A stretch of 64,000 nt of DNA. It comes from Tubulanus polymorphus. Its lineage: Eukaryota; Animalia; Nemertea. The DNA is taken from positions 2,108,072-2,172,071 of the forward strand of contig NC_134034.1 in the NCBI RefSeq assembly GCF_964204645.1. Direction: 5' to 3'. Positions 24,201-37,162 of the stretch are shown one piece after another; positions within the stretch are counted from its first letter, which is position 1, and every line of letters begins with the position of its first letter. Position numbers and translations under genes: made by a program. The notes below the pieces were generated by a model. It had not been told where the DNA came from, did no database searches, and saw only the letters and a program-made list of their open reading frames with translations.

Positions 24201-27200
24201 TCAGTGCTTCACCTAAGACATTTTTAATTGAAAATGAACTACAAACACCAGATATTAGATATTTTATCAGCACACTTTCAGAAACTGATCGTCCACACTT
24301 CACATGTATTCAGGCCTTCACCTGATATCTACCGGTAGACATTTTCAAAATTTCATTATTCGAAACGGTTTTTTCGCTGATTTCAGGATAATTTGAAGGA
24401 TGATGAGATGGCGGATAAACTGTCACCGGTTCAACTCGCGCAGCAGACTGAATTCTTACAGCAACAACTAGCCGACCTGCATTTAGAGGCGTTACTCGGG
24501 CCGGATGCTAAAGTCGACCTCTCCGATCCAGAGGGCGCTCTTCAAAAGTATGATATCATTTTATATTTTCGTGGTCAAGATTTGATTATTTTGTTTGAAA
24601 ACTAATTGAGGAGTTTAAGTGTGAATGCAGTGCCACAAGTGGAATCTAATTGCTGCAGTAGTTAATGTCAAACTGCACACTTGTGAAACCTGGTGGATCC
24701 TTGCTTGCCACAAGTGGAATCCATTTGCTGCAGTAGTGTATGATGTCCTACTGCACACTAGCGACACCTGGTGGATCCTCACTTGCCACAAGTGGAATCC
24801 ATTTGCTGCAGTAGTGTATGATGTCCTACTGCACACTAGCGACACCTGGGGGATCACGATCTTCACTCGCCACAAGTGGAATTCTCTATTGCTGCAGTAG
24901 TTGATGTCCTACTGCACACTAGCGACACCTGGGGGATCTTCACTCCCCACAAGTGGAATTCTCTATTGCTGCAGTAGTTGATGTCCTACTGCACACTAAC
25001 GACACCTGGGGGATCTTTACTCGCCACAAGTGGAATTCTCTATTGCTGCTGTAGCGTGTCAGGATTGATATATAGAGGCCTTAATGTTTTTATTATTTTT
25101 CAGGCGGCTGTTGAAGCAAATAGATGCGTACAAACAGACAAAGGCGTCTCCTACAAAGGCATCTCCAACAGCAGCAGCAGCAGCAGCTGCAGGGAATCAG
25201 GCTGCCGGGGATCACATCACATACGAGTTGTTCTACAAACCAGAACAAGCTAAATTCGCGCATACTGCCAGGGTAAGCAGGGTCTGATCTAAGGAATGAA
25301 ATCCACTCGCCTGGGGGTCAAGCATATCTGAAATTTCGCTTGCCCCCTCCAGAAGCTACTTGCCCCACACGGGCAGTCCGATTGGTGGCGCTATCTTCCG
25401 TTGTATCGAGTGGGAAATAAGCTTTGTGACATAAAATTGCACTAGCCCGGGGGACAAGTGATAATGATAATCTACTTGCCCTGATGATAATATACTTGTC
25501 CCGGGCAATCAGACAAGTGCTTAGATCGGACCCTGGTAAGGGTTCCACCCTCTACTGCCACACTGTCCTTTCTACTACCATGGTTAGATCCCCTCTTTCC
25601 ACTGACAGGGTAAGCTTCCCTCTATTGCCAGGGTAGATAAGGTTGCCCTCTTCTGCCAGGAGGGTAAGTTCCGCACGTCGGGACAAGCCGTCCACCTCCG
25701 ATGCCAGACTTCGTCTTACCTCGCGTTTCGATCGTATTTTTCAGATGGCTGACTTGGAGCAGAGACTGGAAAGAATGGAAGCTGTTATCGGAAACAATCC
25801 AGAAGCTTTGGTGAGAAAACCATTTAAAAAAAAACGAACAGGGATCATTCATTTAATACGTACACACGAAATTTGACTTTTTAAACCCCCCTGTACGCAA
25901 AATTGGCCATTTTTTCATATACATTAAGCATTACAGTACGCAATTTCACTGACCCCTTCCCCCCTCCACTAATGCGTACGTAATAAATGAATGATCCCAA
26001 AGATTGATTACGTGTATTGAAACACCCGTCTGCCATGATGATGAATGTTACATTTTGTAGAGTGCGGTGACTTCGGGAATCGCCGATAAAGGATTAGTCG
26101 TAAGTATTCATTTTAATCGCGAGCAATCATTTCGAACCCCGTAGTTTACAAACGTTTTTATGTATAGATTGCAATTACGCAAAGCAATTGGATCGCGATC
26201 ATGTTTAACCCTTGCTGACTGATATTCCCGAAAGTGCTAGAGGATGTGTTAATTTGAATATTTAGAACAAATTCCTCCCCCAGTGTGTTTTAACAACGGG
26301 CCTATCCCTATAGTGCGTCTACACCGCAGTCCGGTGTATTGTTAGATACTTATATTTGAATATGTTTGACAGTTTTCTCTTTCAATAGAGATTATGGCTA
26401 ATAACTTATGACATCAATACACCACAGTGGGATGTACTAAGTCCCTCATTGAATAATACACTGCACTATGGTGTAGATGTTTAACCCTTTCAGTGCTGAG
26501 TATCAATTAATACCATATAGTGCAATCTTTCAATAGAGATTATAGCTAATTACTAATGACATCAATACACCGCAGTGCGATGTACTAGCTAAGTCCCTCA
26601 TTGAATTATTTGCTGCGCTTCGGTGTAGATGCACTTAAATTGATCCAGATTAAGCGAGTTTGTTTGGATTTTGAAGGAAATCATTCTAAAAATGAGTCCG
26701 CGTGGATTACTGATGGACTGTTGTTGTTGTTGTTTTGTTTTAGGCCGTCGTGTCGCATTTGAAATCGAAGATCGGATTATTCGATCCGGAACAACTCGAG
26801 TTGATCGAAGGACGAATGATCTCGCTGGTCGGTAAACTGAATCAGATCGCCGAGAAAAAAGAGGTCATCGAAGACGGGGAAAAACAAAGCAAAGTAAGCG
26901 AAATCGTCGATGTCTTACTGCACACTAGCGACACCTGGTGGATCCTCACTTGCCACAAGTGGAATTCTTTATTGCCACTCGTAGTTAATGTCCAACTGCG
27001 CACTAGCGACACCTGGTGGATCCTCACTTGCCTCAAGCGGAATCCTTGCCACAATAGTTCATGTCCTTATGCACAGTAGCGACACCTGGTGGATCCTCAC
27101 TTACCACAAGTGGAATCCTCCTTTGCCGTAGTAGTTGATGTCCTACTGCGCACTAGCGACACCTGGTGAGACTCGTCACAAGGGGAATTCAATATTCCTG

Positions 27201-28264
27201 CAATAGTTAATCTTCTGGGCCTGGCTTGATTAGTCGATGTCCTACTGTACACTAGTGACATCTGGTGGATTTTCTATTGCTGCAGAAACATTGCTGGATC
27301 TTATTCCAAAATATTAACCTGTATTAATATTTCTTCTGCAGGTATCTCAGTTGTATGATCTGGTGAAGAAGTGGGAGGTCGTCTCGGAGAACGTACCGCA
27401 CGTCGTCGACCGGTTGACAGCGTTGAAGGAACTGCACGAACAGGCGTTACAGTTCAGTCAGGCGTTAACACATCTCGATACCAGTCAACAGCAGATCGAC
27501 ACGACGATGAAAACACACGCCGACATGCTTCAACAGGTCGGAATAAAATCCCCCTAACCACTCCCTCTCCTCCCCAAGACGCCCGGAACAAGGTGGCGCG
27601 TACCTAGAAATAGTTGTAATTTCTTTTCTTTGAATAGTCGGGGAATTTTGCGAGGGAGTTAAAAATCCGGGAAAAGTCGTGGAAATTTGTCGAGACGGTT
27701 TAAGATTGCACATCTGTACCCTGGTCAGAATCGCCACTAATACTTCAAATGTTGAAAAAGTTGTTTCGAAATGAGAAAAGCACATCCCTCCCCTTCCCTG
27801 CCATGAATGCTGCTTCAACGTTGCTTGAACACCCTTTCCGAAAACCTCGGAGGGAATTTATCAGTTGCGCCTGATCCCTACTGATATGCAGTATTATAAC
27901 TCGATTAATTCGGATCAGTTTTATTCGGATTTCCACTTATTTCGGACTTCGAATTCCAGTCAGTCCCCTCTATGGGTTATTTCGATTCAAACTACAGCAC
28001 ATAATTCGGACCTTGTTTAATTCGGACAAAGTGTTCCAGTCCTAGGCGATCCGAATGAAATGAGTTCCGACGACCTGTATTACAAATTCTCTCACTTCTT
28101 CTCGCGCTCTACTGTGTATAACCGTTCGAAATTTATATTCAGCGTTTTTTTTTTTTTTTTTTAAATTTTCTTTTCAGTTGAAAATGACGTTCGAAACGAA
28201 CATGAATCAAATACAAGAAAATACGAGTAGTTTAAACGAACGCTTGAAAACTATCAATAAATAA
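21280..28264 (+). CDS. DCTN2: Dynactin subunit 2 (p50/dynamitin), 12 coding exons
   Basis: Exons 21280-21321, 21728-21793, 22221-22317, 23446-23510, 23696-23794, 24387-24547, 25104-25272, 25745-25810, 26061-26099, 26744-26893, 27342-27536, 28178-28264. [68 protein letters not shown] and RLTALKELHEQALQFSQAL match dynamitin. Confidence 0.96.
23200..23385. repeat. 20/21-bp minisatellite (~9 copies)
   Basis: TTTCCAGGG(G)AGCCTCACTAG tandem. Confidence 0.93.
24615..25050 (+). repeat. 77/78-bp double-hairpin repeat array in DCTN2 intron (others 26905-27285, inverted ~28475-28730)
   Basis: Same unit as 7525-8097. Confidence 0.9.
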
Positions 28265-29616
28265 ACAATAATCTCAAGAGAGAACATTTTATCAACACGC
28301 GAGGGAACTTTCGTCGACAATAACTGGATTCGGTTTCTACGATAATTGACATTCGATGACTACGTCAAAAACTTTCGAACGGATTATAGTAACGTCCGTT
28401 CTAAAATCTGGTGTCGTTTTGCTTTAATACGATCTGTGCTAAAATTGTTGTGTTTTCAAACTAGCTACTGTGGAAATAGTGGACTCAACACGTGGCAAGT
28501 GAGCGTAGGCTATTATTATCTACTACGATCCACTATGTGTCGCTAGTGTCAAGTGTGACATCAACTTCAGCAGCGATAGAGGATTCCGCTTGTGGCAAGT
28601 GAGGATCCACCGAGTCACTGATTTACAGTAGTGCGCTATTTACTGCAATAATCAACGGGATCCACCGGGTGTCGCTAGGACATCAACTTCAACGGCATTA
28701 GAGGATTCCGCTTGTGGCAAGTGAGGGTATCCGCCGTAGAATGGATGGGTTTTCTGCTTCTTGTAGCGAGTACTTAAAATAATATATACGATTATATTGT
28801 GAAGGGTGTTTTGTTTGGCTTCTGAAATAAGATGTAATTTTGTTATTTCCGGTAAACATTATTTAAAGATACGTTGTATAATAATAAAATCATGGCGCAG
28901 AAGTAACTAGTTTTCAGAAGTGACTTGATTTCTGTACTCAGGAGTGATAGAGCAGGGACCCTATTATTGATCAGTCATTCGTGGATATAAGCAATTTGAA
29001 GATAATTTAAAATTTCTAGGAAGCGTCTGCATCACTTTCATATCCCGATTACTCCTCGGGCTCTAAACCATTAATCGGTTGTTTTCTAACCAAATTTTAC
29101 CTTAACATGGTTGTATCTAGTTCTTTAACCATAAAATAAAATTGTGGTCCCAACTACCGATTGAGGCATAATGCACCATACTACTACCAGCTTTCAATTG
29201 CCTAAAAACTGAGAATTTTGATCAGCTTTTGTTTTGGACTTTTTCCAAGATGCAATTAAGGGCAGCCGGTGTTTGAAAGTTGTCATGTTGTGTTGGTCCG
29301 TCGAGCCCAGTTGGGGTAGTCCTGGTATATATTCTGGAATACTTATAACTTGTATTTGGATAAATATATCTCCATACATGAAGCTCAACCGTATGAAATT
29401 AATAATCGATTTTCCCAAAAATGGTCCAGATCTATCCTTGCTCGGGAACCTCCTCCGATGAGAAACCCAGATCCACCTCATATAGCTGAGAGGTTAACTG
29501 ACTCGCCATCCTGTACCGGTACCCAGGATTTAAGCAAATATGAAATGATATCAGAAATGCCGTTTTTTTTTCTATAATTTGTTTATTATTTTTTTACACT
29601 GTCGTCAATGAAGTTT

Positions 29617-32089
29617 CTAGAATCGTAGCTTTTGGAAAAACCATTTATTTTTACCGGTCTTGTATCTGAAAAACCAAACAACGAAAAACATATAAGTATA
29701 CCTTGACTAATCACCCGAGATATTTTAATTCCTAGTGGATTTTGTTGAAGTTAAAACTGGACTTAGTTTCATAGTTTATTTAGTCAATATTTGACTTTAA
29801 AATTTTTTAGCAGTAATGAAAAATCCCATCTTCGGAATCAATGACAAATTTAAACCCTACAACTGGGTCAGGGGCGGAGTTAGAAAGTGCTCAGTAACAA
29901 TTTGAATTATTTTCTGAAATATTTCAATGATCATGAATGAAAATGTTCAAATTAATCGCCAATCAAATGATGGAACCCGAAGTAATATCGATTTCACAAT
30001 TAAACTGTGCATGAAACGAATCAAATCAGCACTTTCCGGGACAAAATACTGAAAATAATCAACAGTTAGTATTGTATTTTGAATAATTTGATACTTGCCT
30101 CTCTTCGAACTTTCCTTTCACTTCGCGAACGGCTTTACGTTTTAACGCCGGGTCCCGGAAAGCGTCTTTGTTTACGGTCTGTTTTTCCATCGGCACATCA
30201 ACGGAGTATCTGCAGAAATAAACAATTATCACTCGCCCATTGATCATCTTGAGATTTAAGATATTATTGAATAATATTTTATCCTAAAAAATGGATTTTG
30301 GAATTTGAGGGGTTTTGAGGGATTTGAGGGGCTGTAGGAACCGTGTATTCTCCATGTCACTAACTGGATAAAATTATACCTCAGAATATAATACCTGATC
30401 ATCTAGATATTTTCGGAGTCACCCACTAAAAGGCAAGTCGCTGAATGTTACCATTACAGATACGGTATTATCGGAGCCACCCGCTACGGTGGAACCTCGT
30501 TATAACGAACTCAGATACAAGATTCATCGGATATAACACAATATGATTGATTTCACACTGGATATAACGAACCATCGGTTATAACGAACAGATGTTCTGG
30601 TGCCGTGAAGTTTGCTGTAACCAGGTTCCACTTAAAAGGGACGTAGAATTTTGAAAATTCTAAGGAACACACTGAAGATAAAGGGATGACTCAACATGCC
30701 GTGATTCGGATGATTAGTTTCGAGAGCCATGGATACTAGGTACTAGGGAGCGTTCCAGACCGATCTGGTTTCAGAGAAATCGAGCTAGATTTTTCTTTTT
30801 AATTTTTTTTTTAACACCCTCAACCCGCTAAGCGCCACACAGGGCATTATAAGCGGGTTCGATGTTTCTTTTTCCCAATGGGGGAGAGACCAGAGAAGAA
30901 CCTTCGACCAAGAAACTCTGTCGCCACCAGGGTTTGAACCCATAAACCCTGGATTGACGAGACCAGTGACCGGTGGCTTAACCCGCTCTGCCACTGCGCC
31001 TCTCCTAGATAATACAATAATCGAGCTAGACAATACGATAATTACCTGGTCGGCATTAAATGGTTGAAATTGTAAACTTTAACGAACGCCTTCACCTTCG
31101 ATCGTTGCTTGATCTTCTTTTTGCTCATTTTCTTCGTGACGCGACGCGGATAACGATCGATGCCGGCGACGAGAGCGTGACCGTACGGTTTATCTTGAGT
31201 TCCGTCGTCGTAATTCTACAACGACAACAAAAACGTATTCTATAAGTAAAATCAAACCGTTAACGGAGAAGGATTTTCTAGTTTTCATTTTTTTTCTTTG
31301 GTAAAACCAGTAGTATGGTAGAATCCGCTTAACCCTTTCAGTGCATCTACACCGCAGTGCGGTGTACGAATCAGTGATCGGTTTTGCTAGTACACCGCAC
31401 CGCGGTGTATTGATTTAATTAGTAATTACAAATGATCTCTCATGAAAGATGGCAGCACCTGTCAAACACAGTGAAATATCAGTAACTAACGATACACCGC
31501 GCCAGGGTGTAGACGCACTATAGTGGTATTCCTGTTATTCAACACACTAAGGTGGAATTTTTCAAAATTTTCAAATTACCTTCAGCACTATAGGGTATTA
31601 ATTAGTCAGCAAGGAAAGGGTTAATAATTTTCTAGGGGGGGCTGGTGGAAATGAGGTCTGGAGCGATACCAGACCCCTGGCAAGCCTGGATGCTACAGAT
31701 CGGTCTTTCCAGGATTTAAGGGTACGTTTTCTTAAAGGGGATTTTAACCTATATATTAAGGGATGGATTGGCCGTCATTGTGACCAACTAGCTACTGGTG
31801 GTGGGCTGTCAGTCAGTCACACAGCGCAGGTTTCGGATTTGAAATCTCATTTTTTACTTCAGCGACATTCAGGGCAGAGTATGTAAGTAATGCGCAAGCG
31901 TATTGTCAGTAACCAATCAGAATAACAAAATTCAAGGCAATTAAGTGTTTATAAGAAATAATGCCCTATATGCGGCTAAATTACAATTTTCTAACCATTA
32001 TTTCTTACCTTGACTACGACAGCCTTGCGTCCGGCATATTTACCGGCTAGCACTAGGACTACCTTGCCTGACTTTAAAAACTTGCCCAT
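29617..32089 (-). CDS. RPL27: 60S ribosomal protein L27 (eL27)
   Basis: Exons 32089-32009, 31215-31046, 30209-30099, 29665-29617 give [50 protein letters not shown]...[13 protein letters not shown]...[20 protein letters not shown]; the last intron needs a GC donor. Confidence 0.97.
30791..31004 (-). mobile_element. tRNA-derived SINE in RPL27 intron
   Basis: Minus strand: A box TGGCAGAGCGG, B box GGTTCAAACC, A-rich tail; direct repeat CTAGAT at 30785-30790 and 31005-31010 as TSD. Confidence 0.8.
31333..31620. mobile_element. Non-autonomous piggyBac-type MITE (288 bp), inverted copy of 6188-6475
   Basis: TTAA on both sides, CCCTTTC...GAAAGGG termini, same length and high similarity to 6188-6475. 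Confidence 0.85.
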
Positions 32090-32602
32090 CTAAAAAAACA
32101 AATAAAATATACTGATGTCACTTTCAGAGATTGCAAAACAATTGCATCAAATCGTAAAAAAACAGAAAATTAAAAATGAGGATTTTCTAAGGTAATCATA
32201 ATGATGATATGATCCAAAATCAAGTTTTAATTTTGGCACTTCCAAAATCAGATTCTAAATTTTTTTCCGGTTTCCCAATTGAACAAGCCCTCAATACCAC
32301 TTTTTCACCATTAACAAAAACGAATTTGCGCTTGTAAATAAGAATCCAACATTATTCGGCAGTATTTATTCGGGAATTCGTATCTTAATGCCTCCAGGAA
32401 CGAGCACATTGATTTTACACGTAAATATCGATGGATCTCCGACCGGATTTTTAACCGATTAAAAGGCCTTTTTGAAGGTAATCTAGTTTTAATTTTAAGG
32501 CAAATGTCTTCCTATCAACTTATTTTCGGTTATTCGAGGCCGATTAGCTGTTGATAACGGTGATTTAGTCGGATTTTAGCGACATTGACAGCGAAAACTT
32601 AC

Positions 32603-32642
32603 GTCGAGCGTAGATCATATAAACCGGAAGAGGGGAAAAGGT
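32603..32642 (-). promoter_or_regulatory. RPL27 non-coding first exon with 5'-terminal oligopyrimidine (TOP/TCT) tract
   Basis: Minus strand CCTTTTCCCCTCTTCCGG...CTCGAC|GTAAGT; the acceptor AG lies immediately before the RPL27 ATG, as is typical of ribosomal protein genes. Confidence 0.8.
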
Positions 32643-33960
32643 TGTTGGTAATTGGCGAAGCCACGAATAGTAGAACGAAGTATACGAACTCCTCTCGTGA
32701 ACTATATTTCAGGAGAGGATTCTCCCTCAGAAATGTTTTTACGAACAGAAGATACTTTCGAAAAATTCTTGAACTTGTGAATAAAAAACTTGGAAAAATC
32801 ATTTTTTCTCGTAATGAGTACGACACAATTTAGCAGGGACAAATAATAAATCCGATCTATAAAATCCCTCTATAAACCTATAGTAATATTCATAATTTTC
32901 CGGACTTACTTTTTACCTATGTTTGTTAATTCTTCTTCGCTTAGTTTTCAGTAAATTATATTTTTATTACATCGACGGCGAAACAAATTCGTATGGTGTT
33001 GTGTTTTATTTACTTCCGGGTTGTCAGATTTGACATTTCGGATGTTTCTCTTCTGACCGGTGTGTAGTTTTATTCAATTATTCAAGACAGTAAAGATGAT
33101 AGCTAATTGAATTATTTTAATGCAAGAGGGCAGTTTCATCTTTGCGCCCCCCAATTCTTCTTTCCTTTCAAATTCAAAGTTTACAGTCTCTCAGTCAGTT
33201 TTTTGCACCATGAATATGATAAATAAATTGGGTAGTCTGAATACCAGTCGTTGTTACCTGGTTACCGGTTCCCTACTACAACCGTTTTTTTTTGTAGAAC
33301 GACGGCTAGGTACAAGACTACATAATTGGGGTACCCATTGTTGCTCCCTCATGGGAACAAGGAATTAACTTTTGATATCTACGACAAGACAATTAGTTGA
33401 CTTTGCGATATTGTTAATGGCAGGTCCAGGGTGGACGAAAAGTGGGGCTAGGAAACGTTAATTAGTTTTAAGACAGGGGGGGCTTGTCATGGAAAGTTCG
33501 ATGTGGCTTCAGTTATGAAGTCTGTAAATGAAATGGTTAGCGCATGCGCAATACAGTAGAATGCTGACTTACAATATTGCTATTCGAAACCAAACGAAAA
33601 AATAATCTAGCGCTTTGCCTTTACCCACTGAGCCACAGCACATGACTGAAGTTGGATGAGTTGATTTATATATAGCCTCACCTAACCCTCATCCTATTCT
33701 TTAACGCATGTGTGTACGTAGATATAGTGCATGTTCCCCCCCTGACTGGAGCCAGTTTGTTTATTTTAAGACAGGAACCAAGAATAATATTGAATCTTTG
33801 AACCCCTAGATCCGTGAAAAGCCCCTTCGGGCGCAAAATCGAACTACCTCATCGGTGAAATCTGATGACGACCTCTCACACCTCGTCCTGCCATTAAACT
33901 GCTACTAATACGTTTTTACAGGTTGTGACTAAAAGCCGGATCATCGACGACGGATTAACG

Positions 33961-35043
33961 ATGAGTTTACTGCAGGATATCGAATGTTTCAATCATTCTC
34001 GGCTGAAATCCACCGAGACTCACGTGACGTTCCCGAGCGGTTTACAAACCATCGAAGGTAAAGACAGCGACGGACGACCGAAGGTTCACGTCCTGTCGTC
34101 GACTGGGTCGGGTTTCGTACGTGACCTGCAGCCGGATTTAAACTCCGGTACCGTATTACCCGGTCTGATACTCGGTAAGTTCAACCGCCGCATTTAAAAA
34201 ATGTGTACTTAATCAATAATAATAATAATAATAATGATAATAATAATAATAATAATAAAAATAATCCATTCAGCCTGGCTTTACATCATACATGAAAAGA
34301 GAACATAGAAACAGAGAAAACTAAAATGAGTTTAATCAAAAGCTTACGTAAAAAGTACGTTTACAATAAACTCAATGGGGTACCCTCAAAACCAGTTATC
34401 CCGTTAGATGGCGTGACGGGCAGTAGTTTGCTCGTTTTCAAAATTAGTTGATTTTCGATGAACTTTGAACTGGATTTTTAGACTCCTGAATCTATATACT
34501 ATCACAGGACTCACCAAATATGTAATACTTTCATTCTTCTAATCAGATATCGATATATTTTGGTGGTCAGTTGTCTAGGGAGAACAGTGGTCACTAGTAC
34601 AATCGAGCTTTAATAATCGTGCGTTATTATTCGCAGGTTCGCAGGACGTCGCTTTAGACTACGACGAACTTCAAAAACTGAAGGTCACTCACATCCTGAA
34701 CGTCGCGTCGTCGGTCGACAACGCGTTCCCGAAGAAATTCACGTACAAACGAATCCCGATTCTCGATCTGCCGAACACGAACATCTCGGAACACTTCGTC
34801 GACGCGATTCAGTTCATCGACAAAGCGCGTTCGAAGGGCGGCTCTGTTCTCGTTCACTGCAACGCCGGCGTGTCGCGTTCGGCTACGATCGTCATCGCGT
34901 ATCTGATGAAGATCGAGCGATTGTCGTACGACGATGCCTACGATCTGGCGCGGTCGGCGCGCGAGTGTATCCGTCCCAACGACGGTTTCGTCCAGCAATT
35001 ACGAACTTACGAACGGTATCTGGCGGTGAAAATCGACAGATGA
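33961..35043 (+). CDS. DUSP19: Dual specificity protein phosphatase 19
   Basis: Exons 33961-34174 and 34637-35043: MSLLQDIECFNHSRLK..T.VT, GFVRDLQPDL, LILGSQDVA, VTHILNVA, ILDLP, active site VLVHCNAGVSRSATIVIAYLM, IRPNDGFVQQL. Confidence 0.92.
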
Positions 35044-37162
35044 CATCATCATCATCATCATCATAATCGGCGACGGGCCGGCTCGTGGTGGAGCTGTTTC
35101 TGCAGGTGATGATGATAAATTTGGTTGATTCTTCATCGCGCATGAAAACCTGGATCCAGTTCCGCAGTTGTGAGTTAGAGTTTTAAAACTACAGTTGAAA
35201 TCAATTCATTGTCAATGTTTCAACTATGAATCGATCTCGACTTATTTCTCTGGAACTGGGTCCCTGGAGCCGGTTTCACAGTCGTGGCTTAAGTCCAAAA
35301 GTGGTCATAAATCGTAAGACCGGTCTTACGTTGTTAGATTAGCCAAAGAACTAAGATGGTCTAAGACTGGTCTTAATTTTAAACCGTGTATTCATAACCA
35401 GCCCCTGAGGATTACGCCTACATGGTCAGCTCACCTCAGTCATGACAGTCGTGTATGACTTTAGTTGCTTGATAAGCATAAAGGACTTACTCATCGCCCC
35501 TTATACATTATTTCAAAATACACTTCCAATCCTTATTACACCTGGTCTGTCCATGATAAGGGAAAACCATATTGCGTGGTAACTTTTGCACGCGCATCTG
35601 GAAAATTTGGAGTATCAGTATCAGTATTTAAAAATACACATCCTCAGTACTTGTGTACTACAAAATACACATTCAAAATACACATGTATTTCAAGATACA
35701 CGTCCTGGGAAGACGTGTATTTTCAAAATAAATGTGTATTACACTAGTATTTAGCTGAATACATCATGTTATCATTTTCCTATGGGAGTGTTGTTCAGCC
35801 CATTGATGAAATACTCTGTGCATATTTTGAAAATGATATAGAATCCCGGAATAGGAATAAAAAGTGTCCAAATGTTTCCTTAAGAGCCGATATCTATTCG
35901 ACGTTTCGACTAATTTCGTCTGATTCAACTTATTTGAATGAGATTGGGCTGGTGTCGTTTACTCAGTGACGTTTTGGTAGTGCATACCTTATGTTTGTAG
36001 GTCTTAAAATGACTAGCACTGTGAAAGATTTGCATATACATGTATCTAGATACATAGACATCTTCTAATACGGTATTGCTGAAGACTATACTGCCATACA
36101 TTTAGGATACAGTCGAAAACTCGAATGAATATATCCGCTTGAGGAAACGTTTCGCAATCTTTTAATCCTGGCATTTTTGTGGAGACCCCAAACCGTATGA
36201 TTATATCCAAAATGGAGCAACTATCAAAAACTGTCAATCGTTTAAACAAATTCCCTCGGAATTATTTGATGACTACCTTGCTTAATGACTAGCAATAAGT
36301 TTGCATAAAATACCTTCCCCCTTACCAATTGGTGGAGATATTTTTGTTGTTGTCAACTTTTAAAGAATGTGGTGATCTCGTTGTACAACCCCCTGAATCT
36401 CCCCCTCTCACTCTGTAGATGTGGAATTGTAAACCGCAAAACCGTGTTCGCTATGTCTAAAAATGTGAATTTTAACGAGAAAACTTGAAAAGTTTCTGAA
36501 GTTGCTAAGATTTATATCGGTCATTATGGGAACACAGTAAACCTCGCCTTAATCAGACTTGGCCGGCGATTCAGACTCAACTCTTACAAAAAATCATTTT
36601 CTGACATCCTAACGTATTCATCGATTGCTATCATTTGGACCGATTGAGCCAGGCCCGCTTTGTCTGAGGTTCGGGGAGGTTAACTGTATATATTTAATCT
36701 AGTCTCCATTTCTTGTAGAGGACTATAATTTACTGGTAGAGTTTAAGTTAACTTGTGTATTAATATTTAGCCAGCCTGAATCATATACATTGCACGAGCG
36801 GAACTAGATCGGGGTTTTATGCGTCTGGGTCCCTGATTTCCCATTCAGGGTTTGCCCTCTGTCAAAACAGAGATCATTATAACCAGTAAATTTGGCACTC
36901 ATCCTCTTATCAGATATTGAATTTTTCAGACATATTTGAGTTGAATTTTCTTAATCCGAGGCTTGGAAACCGCTTACAGTCTAAGCATGGCTGCTTTAAC
37001 TGAGGATCCAAAATGCTCTTTGCTTCCCTGGACCCCCCTAACAGTTTTCCTAGATCTGCCCTCGGCTAACGCGTATTATCAACAAAATCTGAAGAGCCAA
37101 ACAACGATCGACGATTTACGTCTGAAAGCGAAAATGTATTTATTTTCCTAAGATTCTTTTTC

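Noticed and set aside
30925-31003. Possible tRNA gene
   Set aside because: It is the head of a SINE with body, A-tail and TSD.
29666-32602. Intronic snoRNAs expected in a ribosomal protein gene
   Set aside because: No convincing C/D or H/ACA box pair with terminal stem found by eye; needs Infernal/snoscan.
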